The position numbers and the translations under genes are program-made. A model generated the notes under the pieces. That model was not told where the DNA came from. It saw only the letters and a list, made by a program, of their open reading frames with translations, and did not search any database. DNA of 64,000 nt, taken from positions 128,001-192,000 of the forward strand of contig CAWEYG010000003.1 in assembly GCA_963813155.1 (NCBI GenBank), read 5' to 3'. The stretch comes from an uncultured Acidobacteriota bacterium (GTDB taxonomy: Bacteria > Acidobacteriota > Thermoanaerobaculia > UBA5066 > DATFVB01). Of this stretch, positions 60,159 to 64,000 are shown in pieces (position 1 is the first letter of the stretch; the number at the start of each line of letters is the position of its first letter).

Positions 60159-61642
60159 TGGTATCCGCCGAAAATCAAAACTGGATCGGGGGCCGCCGGG
60201 TCGCCTCCGCTTCCGGGAAGACCTTCGAGAATCGCAACCCGGCCGACCGCGACGACCTGATCGGGGTCTACCAGAAGTCGAACGCGAAAGACGTGGATGC
60301 CGCCGTCGCTGCCGCGAAGAAGGCCTACCGCGACTGGCGCCTGACCCCCGCTCCGAAACGCGCCGAGTACCTCTACGCCGCGGGCGACGTGCTCAAGCGG
60401 CGCAAGGAAGAGATCAGCCGGATCATGACCCGCGAGATGGGCAAGGTGCTCGCGGAGACGCGGGGCGACGTGCAGGAAGCGATCGACATGGCCTTTCTCG
60501 CCGCCGGCGAGGGGCGGCGCCTGTTCGGCGTGACCGCTCCGTCCGAGCTGAAGAACAAGTGGGCGATGGCGACGCGCGAGCCCGTCGGCGTGTGCGGGTT
60601 CATCACGCCGTGGAACTTTCCGATCGCGATTCCCGCCTGGAAATCGATGGCGGCGCTCATCTGCGGCAACACCGTCGTCATCAAGCCCGCCACGGACACC
60701 CCCGCCTCCGTCCTCGAGCTCGCGAAGGTGTTCGAGGAGGCTGGCCTGCCCGAAGGGGTTTTCAACGTCGTCACGGGAACGGGATCTGAAGTCGGGGACC
60801 CGCTCGTTCACCACCCGGACGTCCGGGTCGTCTCCTTCACCGGCTCGACGTCGGTCGGAAAGGCGATCGGCGTGGAGTGCGCGAAGCAGAATAAGCGCTT
60901 CCACCTGGAGATGGGCGGCAAGAACGCGATCCTGATCCTCGACGACGCGGACGTGGACCTCGCGGTCGACGGCGCGCTGTGGGGGGCGTTCGGCACGACG
61001 GGCCAGCGCTGCACGGCGTCGTCCCGGCTTCTCGTTCACAAGGACGTCCTCAAGTCTTTCGAAGAGAAGTTCGTCGCCCGCGCGAAGGCCCTGCGCGTCG
61101 GAAACGGATTGGCGGAGGGGATTGACATGGGCCCCTGCGTGTCCGAATCGCAGCGAGAAACGGTTGCGCGCTACGTCGAGATCGGGAAGGGCGAGGGCAA
61201 GCTGCTCGCCGGCGGAAAGAAGCTGACCGACGGCGCCTGGTCGAAGGGCTGGTTCCACGAACCGACGGTCTTCGAGGCCAAGCGCGACGCGCGGATCTCC
61301 TGCGAGGAGATCTTCGGCCCGGTGACGACGATCATCCCGATCGGTTCTCTCGAGGAAGGGATCGACGTCGCGAACGGCGTGGCCTACGGCCTGTCGGGCT
61401 CGATCTACACGCAGGACGTCAACAAGGCGTTCACGGCGATTCGCGATTTCGAAACGGGGCTCTTCTACGTGAACGCCGCGACGATCGGCGCGGAAGTCCA
61501 CCTGCCGTTCGGCGGGATGAAAGACACGGGCAACGGCCACCGCGAGGCCGGCATCGCGGGGATCGACGTCTTCACGGAATGGAAATCGATCTACGTCGAC
61601 TTTTCGGGAAAACTCCAGCGAGCGCAGATCGACAACAACTAG
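60158..61642 (+). CDS. Aldehyde dehydrogenase family protein
   Basis: ITPWNFP, FTGST, LEMGGKN, GQRCTA, EEIFGP. Confidence 0.96.
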   Translation: MVSAENQNWIGGRRVASASGKTFENRNPADRDDLIGVYQKSNAKDVDAAVAAAKKAYRDWRLTPAPKRAEYLYAAGDVLKRRKEEISRIMTREMGKVLAETRGDVQEAIDMAFLAAGEGRRLFGVTAPSELKNKWAMATREPVGVCGFITPWNFPIAIPAWKSMAALICGNTVVIKPATDTPASVLELAKVFEEAGLPEGVFNVVTGTGSEVGDPLVHHPDVRVVSFTGSTSVGKAIGVECAKQNKRFHLEMGGKNAILILDDADVDLAVDGALWGAFGTTGQRCTASSRLLVHKDVLKSFEEKFVARAKALRVGNGLAEGIDMGPCVSESQRETVARYVEIGKGEGKLLAGGKKLTDGAWSKGWFHEPTVFEAKRDARISCEEIFGPVTTIIPIGSLEEGIDVANGVAYGLSGSIYTQDVNKAFTAIRDFETGLFYVNAATIGAEVHLPFGGMKDTGNGHREAGIAGIDVFTEWKSIYVDFSGKLQRAQIDNN

Positions 61643-61653
61643 GAGAGCGCCCC

Positions 61654-62766
61654 ATGATCGTCGGCCTTCCGAAGGAGATCAAGAACAACGAAAACCGTGT
61701 CGGCCTCGTGCCGGCCGGAGTCGCCGCGCTCACGAAGGCGGGGCACGAGGTGCTCGTCGAGAAGGGCGCGGGAGTCGGATCGGGAATCGAGGACGAGGAA
61801 TACCTTCACGCCGGCGGCAAAATCGTCCCCTCGGCCGACGACGTTTTTTCCCGGGCGGACATGATCGTCAAGGTGAAGGAGCCGATCGAGCCCGAATACG
61901 CGCGCATGCGGCCGGGCCAGATTCTCTACACCTATCTGCATCTCGCGCCCGCGGGCAAGCTCACCGACGTTCTCCTCGAGCGGCAGGTCACCGGCGTCGC
62001 GTACGAGACGATCACGGGGCGAAACGGGAGCCTGCCTCTCCTCACTCCGATGTCGGAGGTCGCCGGGCGGATGTCGGTTCACGTCGGCGCGTACTACCTG
62101 CAGAAATCCAACGGCGGGCGCGGCGTTCTTCTCTCCGGAGTTCCGGGAGTTCCGCCGGCCGACGTCGTCATTCTCGGGGGAGGCGTCGTCGGCACGAACG
62201 CCGCGAAGATCGCGGCCGGCATGGGCGCCGACGTCACGATTCTCGAAATGTCCCCCGACCGCATGCGCGAGCTCGACGACATCTTCATGGGCCGCGTCAA
62301 GACCGTCGCTTCGAATCCCGTCACGCTCGAAGAGGGCTGCCGCCGGGCGGATCTCCTGATCGGGGCCGTGCTGATTCCGGGCGCGGCGGCTCCGAAACTG
62401 GTGACGCGCGACCTCATCGCGAAGATGAAGAAGGGCTCTGTCGCCGTCGACGTCGCGGTCGACCAGGGCGGCTGTTTCGAGACGACGCACGCGACGACGC
62501 ATTCGGATCCCGTGTACACGGTCGACGGGGTGATCCACTACTGCGTCGCGAACATGCCGGGCGCCGTCGCGCGAACCTCGACGTTCGCGCTTACGAACTC
62601 GACGCTTCGCTACGCGCTGGAGCTCGCGAGCAAAGGCTTCGCGAAGGCCGTCAAGGAAAACGCGCATCTCGCGGCGGGCGTCAACACGTACAAGGGAAAG
62701 CTCACGTACGAAGCGGTCGCGATCGCCCAGAACAAGCCGTTCGTCCCGCTCGAAAAACTTCTGTAA
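61654..62766 (+). CDS. ald: Alanine dehydrogenase
   Basis: [47 protein letters not shown]. Confidence 0.97.
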   Translation: MIVGLPKEIKNNENRVGLVPAGVAALTKAGHEVLVEKGAGVGSGIEDEEYLHAGGKIVPSADDVFSRADMIVKVKEPIEPEYARMRPGQILYTYLHLAPAGKLTDVLLERQVTGVAYETITGRNGSLPLLTPMSEVAGRMSVHVGAYYLQKSNGGRGVLLSGVPGVPPADVVILGGGVVGTNAAKIAAGMGADVTILEMSPDRMRELDDIFMGRVKTVASNPVTLEEGCRRADLLIGAVLIPGAAAPKLVTRDLIAKMKKGSVAVDVAVDQGGCFETTHATTHSDPVYTVDGVIHYCVANMPGAVARTSTFALTNSTLRYALELASKGFAKAVKENAHLAAGVNTYKGKLTYEAVAIAQNKPFVPLEKLL

Positions 62767-62787
62767 ATCCGGATTGCGAGCCGGTCG

Positions 62788-63759
62788 TCAGCCGGAGACC
62801 CGCGCCACGAGCGCCGTCAGGTCCTCCGGCCAGGGCGCTTCGACGGTCACGAGCTTCTGCGTCGCCGGGTGATGGAACGTGATTTTCTCGGCGTGGAGCG
62901 CCTGCCGGGGAAACGCGAGCAGAGCCTTTTTCAACTCGGCGTCCTTGATCTGGGGATAACGCGGCCTTCCATAGACCGGGTCGCCGACGACGGGGCAGCC
63001 GATCGACGCCAGATGGACCCGGATCTGGTGCGTGCGGCCGGTGATCAGCTGCAGCCGCAGGAGCGAGAGGTCGAGGGCCGGCCACTCCTTCTCGATCGCG
63101 TACATCGTGCGCGCCTCGCGGATCGACGGGGGAGCGGCAGTCTTGAACCCCTTCATCTTCTTGCGGTCTTTCGGGTCGCGCCCGATCGCGAGCGCGATCT
63201 CGCCCTTCCGCAGCTTCGGCCTTCCGGCTGCGAGAGCGACGTATTCCTTCCGAACCGACCTCTTCTTCATCTGGCGGGAGAGCGACTCGTGCGCGCGATC
63301 GGTCTTCGCGACGATCAGGACGCCGGACGTGTCGCGGTCCAGGCGATGGACGATGCCGGGCCGCTCTTCTCCGGAGATTCCCGGGAGGGCCCTCCCGCAG
63401 TGGTGGAGGATCGCGTTGACGAGCGTGCCCGACGCGTGCCCGGGAGCCGGGTGGACGACGAGGCCGGGAGGCTTGTTGAGGACGAGCAGGTCCGCGTCCT
63501 CGAGGAGGACGTCGAGCGGAATGTCCTCCCCGAGGTGCTGCGTCTTCGCCGGCTCGTCCGGAAGGCGGACCTCGATCGTCTGGCCCTCCTCCGTCGTGCG
63601 GGAGTTGCGGCGCTCGACGCCGGCGTCGATGGAAACGGCGCCCTCTTCGATCAGCTTCTGGATCCGGGAGCGCGAAAGGTCGCCGCACGCGGCGGCGAGG
63701 AATTTGTCGAGTCGTCTTCGCGCGGAGGCCGGGCCAACGGAAAATCGCCGGCTGGCCAT
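62788..63759 (-). CDS. rluD: RluA/RluD family pseudouridine synthase
   Basis: S4 domain RLDKFL; NKPPGLVVHP, RPGIVHRLDRDTSG, TGRTHQIRVH. Confidence 0.95.
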   Translation of the reverse strand: MASRRFSVGPASARRRLDKFLAAACGDLSRSRIQKLIEEGAVSIDAGVERRNSRTTEEGQTIEVRLPDEPAKTQHLGEDIPLDVLLEDADLLVLNKPPGLVVHPAPGHASGTLVNAILHHCGRALPGISGEERPGIVHRLDRDTSGVLIVAKTDRAHESLSRQMKKRSVRKEYVALAAGRPKLRKGEIALAIGRDPKDRKKMKGFKTAAPPSIREARTMYAIEKEWPALDLSLLRLQLITGRTHQIRVHLASIGCPVVGDPVYGRPRYPQIKDAELKKALLAFPRQALHAEKITFHHPATQKLVTVEAPWPEDLTALVARVSG

Positions 63760-63763
63760 TCTT

Positions 63764-64000
63764 CTACGCGGGTTGGGGGCGACGGGCGGCCCTTCGCGAG
63801 AGGACCCAGAGCATCACGGCGGAAAGGATCGCGAGGAGAGCGCCGATGAACTGGGCGGTCGAGAGGACCCCCGGGATGACGAAGCCCCGAACGAGGTCGC
63901 CGCGAAACTCCTCGATCACGCCGCGCGTGATCGCGTAGCCCAGAACGTAGATCCAGAAGACCTGGCCGTGGAATTTCTTGTGGCGATACACGTACTCGCA
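63764..64000 (-). CDS. lgt: Prolipoprotein diacylglyceryl transferase, C-terminal part (truncated at window edge)
   Basis: KKFHGQVF..Y...R..IEEFRGD..STAQ; upstream of rluD. Confidence 0.8.
   Translation of the reverse strand, partial: CEYVYRHKKFHGQVFWIYVLGYAITRGVIEEFRGDLVRGFVIPGVLSTAQFIGALLAILSAVMLWVLSRRAARRPQPA

Overview
High-GC (about 68-70% by eye) bacterial chromosomal window, probably Acidobacteriota/Thermoanaerobaculia-like (inferred from gene content). Many single-base frameshifts in conserved genes suggest an imperfectly polished long-read assembly. The backbone carries dnaE (partial), a CCA-adding enzyme, rsmD, metK, a split leucine-catabolism cluster (mccB, liuC, mccA, BCCP, hmgL), an M16 protease, romR-like/valS/birA/coaX/rlmD-like/comEC/miaA/hfq, large secreted beta-propeller proteins, tRNA-Gly(CCC), bactofilin, ALDH, ald, rluD and lgt (partial). 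Three lower-GC accessory zones (about 13.4-17.9 kb, 45.2-53.2 kb and 53.9-59.5 kb) hold short ORFs separated by one family of attC-like imperfect palindromes, with no integron integrase in the window. One attC is interrupted by an intact IS1111-type (IS110 family) element. Its downstream non-coding region contains readable bridge/seek-RNA loops matching the attC target and the element's own ends. One cassette array fills an integrase-less islet bounded by a 52-bp tRNA-Gly duplication. A second, inverted tRNA-3' fragment plus a conserved ~190-bp non-coding element lies about 5 kb upstream.
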